From Eledone cirrhosa (taxonomy: Eukaryota), in contig OZ024743.1 of the NCBI GenBank assembly GCA_964016885.1, forward strand, positions 174,468,001 through 174,532,000: a stretch of DNA of 64,000 bases, in the 5' to 3' direction. This document shows positions 36,502 through 48,234 of this stretch, one piece after another; position 1 is the stretch's first letter; each line of letters starts with the position of its first letter. Under the pieces are notes generated by a model. That model did no database searches, was not told the DNA's origin, and saw only the letters and a program-made list of their open reading frames with translations. A program made the position numbers and the translations under genes.

Positions 36502-36826
36502 AATATAAGATCAAAAGATGGTTAAAGGAGTTCCATGTATTTTATTATGCGCATTTCAAAAACAAACATCATCATGCAATAATATTTGTGTTTTCATCAG
36601 ATAAAACAGGAGAACATGATATGAAGGCTAAAAAACACTTGTGGATAGTGCAGTTTTAAATCAACATATAAACTGCACTATCCACAAGTGTTTTTTAGCC
36701 TTCATATCATGTTCTCCTGTTTTATCTGATGAAAACACAAATATTATTGCATGATGATGTTTGTTTTTGAAATGCGCATAATAAAATACATGGAACTCCT
36801 TTAACCATCTTTTGATCTTATATTAT
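36502..36826. repeat. Perfect inverted repeat, about 155-bp arms, about 14-nt spacer, each arm carrying a hammerhead motif
   Basis: 36502-36656 is the reverse complement of about 36670-36826. The block is flanked by (TA)n. Confidence 0.92.
36719..36787 (+). ncRNA. Minimal type I hammerhead ribozyme motif (mirror copy on the minus strand at about 36539-36607)
   Basis: Stem I GUUUUAU/AUAAAAU; CUGAUGA 36726-36732; long stem II AAACACAAAUAUUAUU/UGAUGAUGUUUGUUUU with G-U pairs; GAAA 36769-36772; stem III U-GCGC-A; predicted cleavage after AUA at 36780. Confidence 0.8.
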
Positions 36827-36909
36827 GCATACTCCAGTCCTACAATCTGTAGAGTGCTTCTTATCCGATATCTGCATTGCTTTATTGTACTACAATAAAA
36901 CTCACCTCC

Positions 36910-36956
<47 letters not shown>

Positions 36957-36959
<3 letters not shown>

Positions 36960-37580
36960 CAAAAAGGATATTCAATTTGTTGGTAATTCAACAAATATAA
37001 ATGTTTATAACTGATTCAGAGCACTCTACAAGTTTTCTGGAGTATAATATTCAATGATATTAAATAAATGGAAACTATATTTATAAAACCATATTTATTC
37101 TATTATATATATTTCAAGGGTACCGAAACTTTGGTAAGCTTTCATCAGATAAAATACAAAGTTTGTTTTATAAATTTTGACATAACCAAGGAAAGATAGC
37201 TTAATGGTTCAAGTTTTTCTTGGATAGTAAAGGAAAGAAGGGAAAAGAGAAGAAAAGTCAGATATTTCAAATTATTAAGATGAGTATGCAAATGAGGTTG
37301 AGGTATAGGGCTGAAAAAACGTTATTTTAGACGCTATGCAGAATTTAAATAATTAGGATATATGCATGTATGAGTAGGAAGAAGAATAAAAGAAAGAAGA
37401 GCTTGTATTTACGTTAATTTAAAAGGAATTAACAATTTGCAGGAATGGTGGAATATGATTCCAGAATTTAAATTTATTTAGTTATATTATGAGTTATAAT
37501 ATTGTTTATATATATAATCAATTAGATTATATGAAGAATTATGGTTGTAAGTAAATTTTATCTTATTACATTACAATAGG
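36957..37580 (-). mobile_element. (TA)n-adjacent hammerhead-bearing element, family H1, longest copy; distal boundary uncertain
   Basis: Homologous to the 22.7-kb and 34.7-kb copies over 36957-37228, then continues as AT-rich sequence. Confidence 0.6.
37096..37156 (-). ncRNA. Minimal type I hammerhead ribozyme motif
   Basis: Minus strand: UAUUUUAU-CUGAUGA-AAG CU UACC aaaguuuc GGUA CC CUU-GAAA-U AUAU A UA|AUAGAAUA. Confidence 0.72.
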
Positions 37581-37591
37581 TTGTAAGTATA

Positions 37592-38410
37592 GGCATAGGT
37601 AAAATATAACGTCCGGGAAAGTGAAACTAATTTTTATGACAAGTGAATGTGTTTGTTTTTTAGTATTGCGTGTGTGATTATTATTTTTTTAATTTTTTTG
37701 TGTATTGTGTGTACGGAAAATTATACTTACCTTATCAACATCCTTATTAGACCGTATAAATAGCTGAAATACAGTTGATCATCTCGCAAAATTTGTTGGC
37801 ACCAACTCTCTGCCGCCAAAGAAATTCAGCTAAATACGAGGGGAATAAATCGTCGCTTGTCCCATGTTGTCGACGGAGCTTTTTCTTCGCACGGCTCCAA
37901 GTGTTCTCTCGTGAGACTCTTGTCCCCATTATACAGGAATGGATTTTGCCAGGACGCCACATCATGTCCGATGGTTGGGCTTCCTATTCTGATATTGAGG
38001 AAATTCAAGGTGGCATTTACCTCCATGATGTTGTTGTGCACCAACGGAACTTTGTCGATCCTGAAGACCCTAATGTGCACACACAACTCATAGAGAACAC
38101 TTGGAGCCGTGCGAAGAAAAAGCTCCGTCGACAACATGGGACAAGCGACGATTTATTCCCCTCGTATTTAGCTGAATTTCTTTGGCGGCAGAGAGTTGGT
38201 GCCAACAAATTTTGCGAGATGATCAACTGTATTTCAGCTATTTATACGGTCTAATAAGGATGTTGATAAGGTAAGTATAATTTTCCGTACACACAATACA
38301 CAAAAAAAGAAAAAGAAAAAATAATCACACACGCAATACTAAAAAACAAACACATTCACTTGTCATAAAAATTAGTTTCACTTTCCCGGACGTTATATTT
38401 TACCTATGCC
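37592..38410. mobile_element. Merlin/ISXO2-like fold-back element 2, about 318-bp inverted arms, 9-bp TSD
   Basis: Transposase C-terminus TLVPIIQEWILPG..SDGWASY..VVH..NFVDP..HTQLIENTW..YLAEFLWR on the + strand (to 38254). The left arm is an inverted copy of the right end. GTAAGTATA at 37583-37591 and 38411-38419. Confidence 0.9.
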
Positions 38411-38671
38411 GTAAGTATATATATATCTATATAGATTAATAAGAAATTATTATAGAAATAGAAATAATTTACAATTATTAGTTGTTTACATTTCTAATAT
38501 GAGTTACGAAGGGTGTTGATTTTGCATTTTGCATTTGCATTTTACATTTAAAAAAAACACATAGTTCAAGTTGTAAGAGGAGAACAATGTGTTGATTCAA
38601 ATATTTTGTTCCAACATTGAAAATGTTTTCAGAATATTGTTAATTTAGCGAAGTTATATATTTTATCATAC

Positions 38672-39642
38672 ATATTATACTAGACATGAAAAATGCGCAA
38701 GCTCAAAAGTGCCACAGAATGTTATAATAAACCTTCAAAAGTGTGGGACTAGAGTTGTTGCTAAAAAATATTGTAATCATTATATATCGTACATTCTGTG
38801 GCATCCTTTATAAAAATAGCTTAAACCAACGAAGCCTTTATTTTTACGCTATTTCACTTAGTTAATTCTTAGAGTGTAACATATAAAAATATGATTTACA
38901 ACTATAAAATAAATTAATTAATATAATAACAGAGCTGCGGAGCTGAAATTTAGGAAATAATGGAGTATCGGATCCTGAGTTGGAGCCAGTCAATTTTTGA
39001 CCGACTCCGCAGCCCTGTATAATACATTTCATATTAAAGTTATTAATAAACCTATTTTACACTTCATGCAAATTACCACAAGATATTGATATTAGATATA
39101 AGATACAGCGCAATATCTACAGCTGTAAAAGTACGAAAGCGAAGTAATAATAAGTGGCTTAAGGTAATTCCAATATGAAAGTTTGTAGTGATAAAAATTT
39201 GATAATGCAATACGATTGTTAATATTATAGTTCTATGAAAATGTAACAATAGATAACTAAATTATTTTACTATTAGTATATTTAAGAAATTATCATTATA
39301 GATTTGATCGTTCATATAAGCATCATATTAAGTTTCAACACAATTATTTTGTTACTATGAGTATATGATAATAATATTACGTAATTATTTATAGCTGTTA
39401 TTACATTAAACATAGATGTATTTATTTTTATATGTTACACTCTAAGAATTAACTAAGTGAAATAGCGTAAAAATAAAGGCTTCGTTGGTTTAAGCTATTT
39501 TTATAAAGGATGCCACAGAATGTACGATATATAATGATTACAATATTTTTTAGCAACAACTCTAGTCCCACACTTTTGAAGGTTTATTATAACATTCTGT
39601 GGCACTTTTGAGCTTGCGCATTTTTCATGTCTAGTTTAATAT
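38672..39642. mobile_element. Long-TIR (fold-back/MITE-like) element, about 218-bp arms and about 535-bp AT-rich spacer
   Basis: 38672-38890 is the near-perfect reverse complement of 39424-39642. No coding capacity. Confidence 0.8.
38930..39017. mobile_element. 88-bp hAT-type mini-element
   Basis: TIRs CAGAGCTGCGGAG / CTCCGCAGCCCTG. Flanks TATAATAA / TATAATAC give a 7/8 match, consistent with an 8-bp TSD. Confidence 0.7.
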
Positions 39643-40187
39643 TTTTTTAAGGCAACGCTTGTAATAACTCTAGTTAAACAGGATATATATTAATAATAAA
39701 TTATCGTTGTAATGTAATTAGATTATGTAATTGTTATTATAAATTATCTTATAAATATTAGTGTAAGATGTATAAAAATATTTTCAGACTTTTAATATAA
39801 ACAACTACAAAAAACAATCAATATTAAATCAATATATTATACATAATAGAAAACATAAAATATACAATACAAAAACAAAATATTTACATACAATTGCAAT
39901 TATCAGTGTATATACATTTTCTTTATATTCCCTGAGCAAATTAATAAGATTTGTTTTTATTGTACATAATTTGATGACTTGTTGGAGTGTATTAAAAGAT
40001 AGCAACAATTTGTGATTAAATTGTTATCTTAAGCAACTCACTTTTTAATAGTTGTTGGCTGAGCGAAATTGTAAAAGCCTATGAGCAAATATAAAAAAAA
40101 ATACACAAACAACATTTCCTTGTGTTATTACAACATTAGATAAAATAATTGAGCAATGTCGTTATATTTTGCTCTTATTGCACATTA

Positions 40188-40358
40188 ATAGTGTTTCTAT
40201 TTTTCGGCACAAATCCATTACGGCAGTCCATTACTGGTACTTTATTTTATCGAATTAGTAAGTATGAAAGTCGAAGTTAACCTCGGCAGGATTTGAACTT
40301 AGAATGCAAAGGACCATAACAATACTGCAAAGCATGGTGTCTGACGCTCTACCAATAC
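40188..40358 (-). mobile_element. tRNA-SINE, main family
   Basis: ATTACTGGTACTTTATTTTATCG..GTTAACCTCGGCAGGATTTGAACT; homologous to the other copies. Confidence 0.7.
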
Positions 40359-40749
40359 TTGTGTTGAGCTGGTCATTAATTTATGGTGGTCGTGCGTGGA
40401 GTAGAGCAATCGCTAGTTGAAATATTATGAACAAAACATTTTTATTTGCCGAAGAACATATTTTCAATACTGTTTGTGAATGTGACGAAGGAAATACATT
40501 CTGATATGGAACAGTGTACAAAGTGTGTCTGTGAATAACATAATGTTACCTCATGTTGTTGTCAAGACATAATGGATTTCGTTTATCCAGTTAGAAGATG
40601 AAACCTAGCCATCTCGGATTAGTTATATTTCATGCCATGTGTAAACGTGTTTGAGGATAGCAAAATATGCGCGTTAATTATAATAATTAGTTAATAATAT
40701 TACAAAATATACCTAATTAAACTCTTTGCTTGAAATTTTATCATTCTTC

Positions 40750-40872
<123 letters not shown>

Positions 40873-41096
40873 TCTAGTCCTTCGCTCAAGATTAATCTAT
40901 AAGTTTAGATGTTTGCCTTCGTTTAAGTAAATATTACAGTAAGATTTTTAATATAAACAACTGCAAAAAACAATTAATATTAAAACGAAAAAATTATCAA
41001 TGATAAAAGAAGCGGATGCAACTTTTTTTTTTATAAAGTTATATTCCTGTTTCTTTAAAGAACATTTCATTTTTGTTCTATTGTAGGCGAAATAAT

Positions 41097-41282
41097 TGTT
41101 TCTACTTTAGGCACAAGGCCAGCAAATTACCCAGTACATTACTGGTACTTTATTTTATCGACCCCGTAAGGATGAAAGGCAAAGTTAACCTCGGCGGGAT
41201 TTGAACTCAGACTGTAAAGGGACGTAACTATGCTAGAAAGCATGGCGTCCAACCCTCTACCGATACTGCCAATTCACCGCCC
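41097..41282 (-). mobile_element. tRNA-SINE, full length, 15-bp TSD
   Basis: B box GAGTTCAAATCC on the minus strand. TSD TGTAGGCGAAATAAT at 41082-41096 and 41283-41297. Confidence 0.88.
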
Positions 41283-42414
41283 TGTAGGCGAAATAATGCA
41301 ATGGTTTAATAGGGAAGATATAACTTACGAATTATGTCTCTAACCGTGTAACGCTTTTTAAGTAGATAACTACAATTGAAAATACTAAAGAAATGGAACC
41401 AACAATTCAATTTGAAAGTCGTCTAGTGACAGTGTATTACTGGTACTTTATTTTATCGACCCCGTAACGATGAAAGGCAAAAATGCAAATGCTTAAAATT
41501 TAAATTGCCTTAATTCTATCGTCTGCTGTTTCATTAAAGGGAGATTATCGTCTGTATTTAATTCTATCGTCTACTGTTCCACTAAACAGATATACCTCCA
41601 CTATCGTCTCTATTTATACATTTTAACTTATAACTTATACACATTTGATTTGAAATATTTTATCTAGTCCTCCCTCTCAATATTATGATGATTTCTTTCG
41701 AATGAAACAGTTCTAGTCCTGTAGAAGCCATTTATATATATAATTGAACTGAGTTAAAAATTCACAATATTTATAATTAAATAAGCTCATATATATATGT
41801 GTGTATTTATCTGTTTATTGTATTATATATAATGTGTGTATATACAGGATGTCCCCCAAAAATATATACACACTTCAACAGCATTCTAATAACTATTGCC
41901 TGTACAGGTAATCAAAGTGTCAATCGAATGTTAGTTTCGTGTTTTAACAGTACAAATTTACAATACACACATAAAACCAGTGTATATACATACATGAGTG
42001 TGTATACACATACATGAATGTGTATATACAATATATATGTATATATATATATAGACACATGTATTCACGGTGCAACGGTACATTAAAATATAGATGCGGG
42101 AGAGGGGGTGTATATATAGGGGCGCTGGGGATAAAGGAGTGTAAAGCGTGTGTAATTGATATATTGAAGGAGAGGAGCGTGCAGCGATAGAGTAACAAAT
42201 ATATAGAGAGGGGGAGAGATGGTATTGAAGGGGAGGAGTGCAAAGCGAAAGAGTAAGAGATATAAATAGAGACGGAACAGATAGAGAGAAACAGGCGTAA
42301 GTAACAGTGGAAGAGATATAGAGAGAGGTACTCTGATTGGTTGAAAATTAGCCAATCACATACGATCACCACCACGGCTATCCCCGAAAAATTTTTAAAG
42401 AAGCTAGGCATATA

Positions 42415-42468
42415 TGTTAGAACACGAAAAGTGAACATTCTGTGTTTCACACTTTTCGTGTTCTAACA
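42415..42468. repeat. 19-bp perfect hairpin, with a second hairpin at 42334-42358
   Basis: TGTTAGAACACGAAAAGTG-16 nt-CACTTTTCGTGTTCTAACA; upstream TGATTGGTT..AGCCAATCA. Confidence 0.8.
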
Positions 42469-43052
42469 GATTATAATATAATGTTTATGTTTGCACGATT
42501 GAAAATGGAAAGATAACTCCAATCTTGTTTGCTAACCGTTAAATTTGATGAATAATTTACACAGAAAATATATAGAGAAAATTATATATTATTTTGTGTG
42601 AGATTAATTTCAATTATATATTATTTTAGTCGAAAGATGTGTGAAAGTTTGAAGATCAAAAGAAGAGGAAAAAAGTAATGTGCATTTAGAAGAACTATCG
42701 TAAAGAGGATAAACTTTCAGAATGTCAATTGAAGATTATCAATCTACATCTAAAAAAATATATTTGGAGGGGTATCATTATGAAAATAATGTCAAAAGGT
42801 AAAAATAGTAAAATGATATATTAAAAAATTAAAAAATTAATGTCAAATGGTAAAAATAGTAGAAATATTTAAAACATTAAGAAGGAAGATCATTTAAAAA
42901 AATTTTAATTTAAGTTTTTAAAGAAAGTAGGATCATTTTGAAGGTGTATAAGATATAGTCAAGTGTAATGAATATCATAAATTAAAAATACTTCAGAAAG
43001 TGGAATTTTGACGATGTCTGCAACTAGAAAATAATTCTGTTTTAAGATTAAT

Positions 43053-43238
43053 TGTTTCTACTTTTGGCACAAGGCCAGCAATTACCAGTGCATTACTGGT
43101 ACTTTATTTTATCGACCCCGTAAGGATGAAAGGCAAAGTTAACTTTAGCAGGATTTGAACTCAGAATGGCAAAGGCCCGTAAGTCTTTGCGTCAAAGCAT
43201 GGCGTCCGACCCTCTACCGATACTGCCAATCCACCGCC
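43053..43238 (-). mobile_element. tRNA-SINE, full length, 16-bp TSD
   Basis: TSD CTGTTTTAAGATTAAT at 43037-43052 and 43239-43254. Same family as the copy at 41097. Confidence 0.88.
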
Positions 43239-43365
43239 CTGTTTTAAGATTAATAGAAAATTTCCTCGATACACAAGTTACAGAATCTTGAGAAACCCAT
43301 ATTTCGGTATGCAGGTGCTTTTATGTTTCCATTTATTTAATATCATTGTGTATATGTATATGTGA

Positions 43366-43484
<119 letters not shown>

Positions 43485-44199
43485 TATATATAGATATAGA
43501 TAAATATATATATAGATATATTTATATAAATATATATATATGCGTGTGTGTGTGTGTGTGTGTGTATGTATATATATATATAAATGTGTGTGTGTGTTTG
43601 TATGAATACATATGTAAGTTTGTGCATATATATGTATATGCGCATATATCTATATATATATATGTGTATAGATGTGTGTGTATGTATGATTACATATTTA
43701 AGTTTGTGTATATATGTATATATACATGTATATGTGTATATATATCTGTGTTTGTATGTGTGTGTGCGAATGGGGGGGGGGGGGGGTTGTGCGATATGAG
43801 TTGTGTGTATGTGTGTGTTGGTTTGTTAGAGACGAGAAAGTTATGTCGTAAAATATTCATGTGATTAAAACATAAAAGCCTGGCACTGCATAATTAATAC
43901 ATTTAATGTCTCAGTAATATATATACCCGTGCAGGAGTGGATTTAATAGGGGGAGTGGCAAAGGGGGAAATTGCTCCGGGCCCCCTACATTAAGACGGCC
44001 GTAACAATTTATTTGTGCCCTCAGCTGGGCTTTTTAGTTTTAGGATGGTTAGATTTTTTTTTATTTAATACCTGTATGTATAACTTTTCAATTTCAATTA
44101 CTTACACCAAGCTTACTTTGATATGTTAAATTGGGGGTTTGCTGTGTATTCTATTTTTTGTGTATAGACTCATAAGATCTAGAAATCCGGTGTCAAAGC

Positions 44200-44430
44200 A
44201 ATAATTGAAAAAAATAGAGCCTGATGTATCAGAATCGAATGAGGTTATTTATGCAGCAGCAACGGTAATAGAAAGGAAATATGGATTAAGGAAAAGGCGA
44301 AAAGGACACAACACCCACAAAAAAACACCCTGGAAGATAAAAATTGAGAAAGAAATTAAAATGATGAGGGAAGAAATATCGATCTTCGATGAAATATGTA
44401 CTGGGAAATCTGTCAAATCAAGGAAAAGTC
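44200..44430 (+). mobile_element. Fragment of a second R4/Dong-like element (pre-RT region)
   Basis: NEVIYAAATVIE..TPWKIKIEKEIKMMREEIS resembles the NNILKATANTV..PWWKKRLSGQIREMRNDIG segment of the element at 9.7-9.8 kb. Confidence 0.6.
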
Positions 44431-44749
44431 ATCTTCTTCTCATTACAAAATGTTACACCTTGTGCAAACCAATCAGGAGTTTGCTCAGGGTTGTGTATAA
44501 TTTAGTTACAACATTTAACCAACGTATTATGGATATCAGTTAGAAAAGATAACCAGAACGTTGGCACTTTATCAATGCCAGATTTCCATTTGTTGGCTTT
44601 CTTTAGTACTAACTCCATTTCTTCCCTAGTTATGACATATTACCAAGTCAAATCTAACGCTGCTGTGACTTCATAAAGGAAGGATAAGTATTCAGATTGT
44701 CTGTTTGACGCAAAAAGAAGAAGAAGAAGAAGAAGAAGAAGAAGAAGAA

Positions 44750-45254
44750 GGCTGGACTCACGATCATAAGGCCATGGGTTCGCTTCCTTGATCGAACATT
44801 GGCGTTGTGTTCTTGAACAAGATATTTCCATTTCTCGTTGCTTATCATCATAGGACTGGGGCTCCTATTATTAAAACATCCAAGAAAACTCTTATGAGAT
44901 ACAACCTCGTAGAAGGCCAGCTAAACCTGCATAGGTGCGAGCTATAATATGATAGTTCTAGGTGTCCTGTCATTAAAACACCTAACGAAACTCCTAGGAG
45001 ACATAAGTTCGAAGGAGGCCAGAAAAACCTTCTGAGTGAGATGTAAATTTCATTCGATGTTTCTCACTATCTTATTCTCACTAATCTTGGAGGCCCCGAT
45101 AAAGGACCATAGACTCCCACAGCTGAAAATTAAAACTCACAGCCTTAGGATCGGGAGTCGAACAACCTAACCACTTAGCCACGCACATTTACGAATCTAA
45201 ACACAAGAAGAAGAAGAAGAAGAAGAAGAAGAAGAAGAAGAAGAAGAAGAAGAA
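44750..45254 (+). mobile_element. Composite SINE-headed element, copy 2, embedded in (GAA)n
   Basis: Nearly identical to 26151-26618. (GAA)n at 44717-44750 and 45206-45254. Confidence 0.75.
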
Positions 45255-45638
45255 ACATAAAACAAATACTAACCATTGTCTGAGATGTAAACATATTTTT
45301 ATTGAGATATAACTTGGCTGACACCTGTTGTTTGATATCATCTGAAAACACGATGAGTTCACTGTAGTAACTATGGTGATGATGGTGGTGGTGGTGATGG
45401 TGGTAACGATGATGACGAGGAGGAGGAGGGTGGTGATGGTGAAGATGTCAACGGCGGCGCTGATAATGATGCTCATGATAACATCCACAACAACAACAAC
45501 AATAACAATAGAAGTATGAAAACCAAAACTCAGTCTCTCTTCGAAAGTATTTCAATTGGAAAACGATGTAACTAAATCCTGCAATATGTTTGATTCTAGC
45601 ATTCAACCGTTTCTGTCTTTTCCTCTTCTTAATCGAGG

Positions 45639-46000
45639 CTTACTTAGACTTAGAATTTCCCATCTGGTCAGTTGCATCTATCAATACATCCCACGTCTTG
45701 AGTCACATGAGGCAGCCAAAGTACTCCAAAGTCCATGGTCAGTTGCATTTATCAATACATCCCACGTCTTGAGACACATGAGGTAACCAAAGTGCTCCAA
45801 TGACCACGGCCAGTTGCATCTATTAATACAACGTTCCACCTTTTGTTGATGGGTTTCAGGTCGCTGTCGATTGTCTGCCGCAAGTGCATCTTGGGTCGTC
45901 CTCTTCGCCTCTTCCAGTGGGGGTACCAACGCAAGACCTGATTAGCGTGTTTCTTACTAGGGAATCGTGTGACGTATCCCAACTAGCCAACTCGATCGAT
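45639..46000 (-). mobile_element. RTE-clade LINE 3' end with a tandemly duplicated terminal segment of about 69 bp
   Basis: GYVTR..QVLRWYPHWKRRRGRPK..W...DATGRGHW is a typical RTE C-terminus. TAAGTCTAAGTAAG-type tail. The unit TCAATACATCCCACGTCTTGAG occurs at 45681 and 45752. Confidence 0.75.
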
Positions 46001-46214
46001 CGTGATATATATTTATTACATTTATTTCGTTCTATACCTGAATGTGTAAATCAGCAGTGGAAAGACCAATGAAGACATAGATTATTAAGGCTGAATAGTG
46101 AGTATGTTGGTAGACACAACAATATTATATTAAAAGCAAATAGCGACATAAATAAATATTCACTGCCTCTGTCTCTCTCGTTCTCCCCATCCCTCACTGT
46201 TAAAAGTAATTAGA

Positions 46215-46318
46215 GGCCCACTCGCTGGCCACCCTGTGGTTCCAGCGGACAGAATAGAAAAGGCGTTTCCCCGGAGGTTGGCAAGGGAGACGTGTTGGAA
46301 GAGCCATTCTAGCTCGTA
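46215..46318 (-). mobile_element. Short 3' fragment of the CRE-like family
   Basis: The reverse complement matches 31665-31757 (ELEWLFQ.VSLA.LRGNAFSILSAG). Confidence 0.75.
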
Positions 46319-46622
46319 TACCACGAGTTGTGAATGCCGAGGTCAACTTTGTCTATCATCTTATCGAGATCGATAAATAAATTATCAGTTCAATACTTAG
46401 ATTGATTCTTCCTCGATATCTCTTTCTTACTTGTTTCTCTCACGCTCTCACATTCTATGAAAAAAAAGTTGACTGTGTTCAGACCTAGAGAGGGATGGAC
46501 TTCACCAGGGCCCATGACATGTATTTCACTACATCAGACATATGACTATCGGGAATTAAGGGGTCACGCATATTTGGTTTTAAATTTCATTAACAATCTC
46601 TAATATATAACTCTGAACATAT

Positions 46623-46627
<5 letters not shown>

Positions 46628-46692
<65 letters not shown>

Positions 46693-46780
46693 TCTCTCTC
46701 TCTCTCCCTCTTTCTCTCTCTCTCCCTCTCTTTCTTTCTCTCTCTCTCTATCACACACACCCTCTCTCTCACTCCCTTTC
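46628..46780. repeat. (CT)n microsatellite; one of many (TA)n, (TG)n, (GA)n and (TGTA)n tracts across 22-50 kb
   Basis: Direct inspection. Confidence 0.95.
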
Positions 46781-47291
46781 TCAATCATTTCCATTAAGTA
46801 AACGAAATAAATCATCTCTAGACATGAGACTAAGGTTGCTTAAAACAACGTTATTAAACATATCACATTATGCTGCAAATTATACAAAACCCATAATCAA
46901 TACGGGAATTTTAATTAAATAATTGTGAGATTTAATTAGTCTGTAATCACATATTTATTAAATCTTCAGGTGATCTCTTAAATTTATTAAATAATCTCGA
47001 ATGATTTTTGTGTTATGATTTTTATGATTGTCTTCCATATTTCTCTTGTCTGTTCATTATATATGCATATTTATCATTTGATCTCCAGCTTTCCTTACAT
47101 AATCTCCATTATATGGCTGCAATATATTTCGTATTAGACAACCGCAGCTGAATAGTAAAAGGTACTTCACACAGAATGTCACTATATTGTCTTTTAATGT
47201 CTCCACTATACAATATTGAAATATGTCAGATTTATCAAATAAATCTCTCTTTCCTCTTTCTCTCTCACTGTCAATCTTCACTCAAACTCTC

Positions 47292-47359
<68 letters not shown>

Positions 47360-47565
47360 CCACACCCACACACACACTATGTATGCACGTGTGTGTATGT
47401 ATATATGCATGCATGCATGTATGTATGTGTGTGTGTTCTTGTGTTCTTGTGTGGGTGCGTATATATATATATATATATATATATTTATAATATATATATA
47501 TTATATATAGTAAATATATGTGTGTATGCATGTTTGTATGCATGTATGTGTGTGTTCTGGTGTGG

Positions 47566-47613
<48 letters not shown>

Positions 47614-47636
47614 ATTGTATATGTGAATACATATAC

Positions 47637-47696
<60 letters not shown>

Positions 47697-47807
47697 GTAT
47701 GTATATATATTGTAATACCATAATAAATCAAATTACTAAGTAATTCGACAGTACACACACACAAACACACACACATACACACATATATATATATATATGT
47801 GTGTGAA

Positions 47808-47856
<49 letters not shown>

Positions 47857-48038
47857 AATTACTTAGTAATTTGATTTATTAGGGTATTACAATTGGTTTC
47901 ATTGACGTAAATATAACCAAAATCCCCAGATGAAATAGAAGATAGATTTAAACAAACAGATGAGGAAATCATCAGTCTTTGCTGATGATTTCGTTTGAAA
48001 AAAACAGTCCTAGTCATGTAGAAGCCATTTCTATGCTA

Positions 48039-48073
<35 letters not shown>

Positions 48074-48234
48074 AAAAGAAATCGAAAATGCAACTGAAGT
48101 CTTTTTAAGAATATTCTTTGTTTCATTTACCGGTTTTACAGTTCTTTTGCTTTTCAAACGTAGAATTGAGATGGAGGGTTTCTGGTTTTTCTCGCATCTG
48201 GTTAGTGTTCGAATGTTACTTGTGTATTATGTGG

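Noticed and set aside
41842-41995. Tc1/mariner-like end TACAGGATGTCCCCCAAAA
   Set aside because: No matching opposite TIR was found.
43931-44195. hAT-MITE-like segment (CAGGAGTGGATTT...GCTCCGGGCCCC...AAATCCGG)
   Set aside because: The termini match poorly and no TSD is visible.
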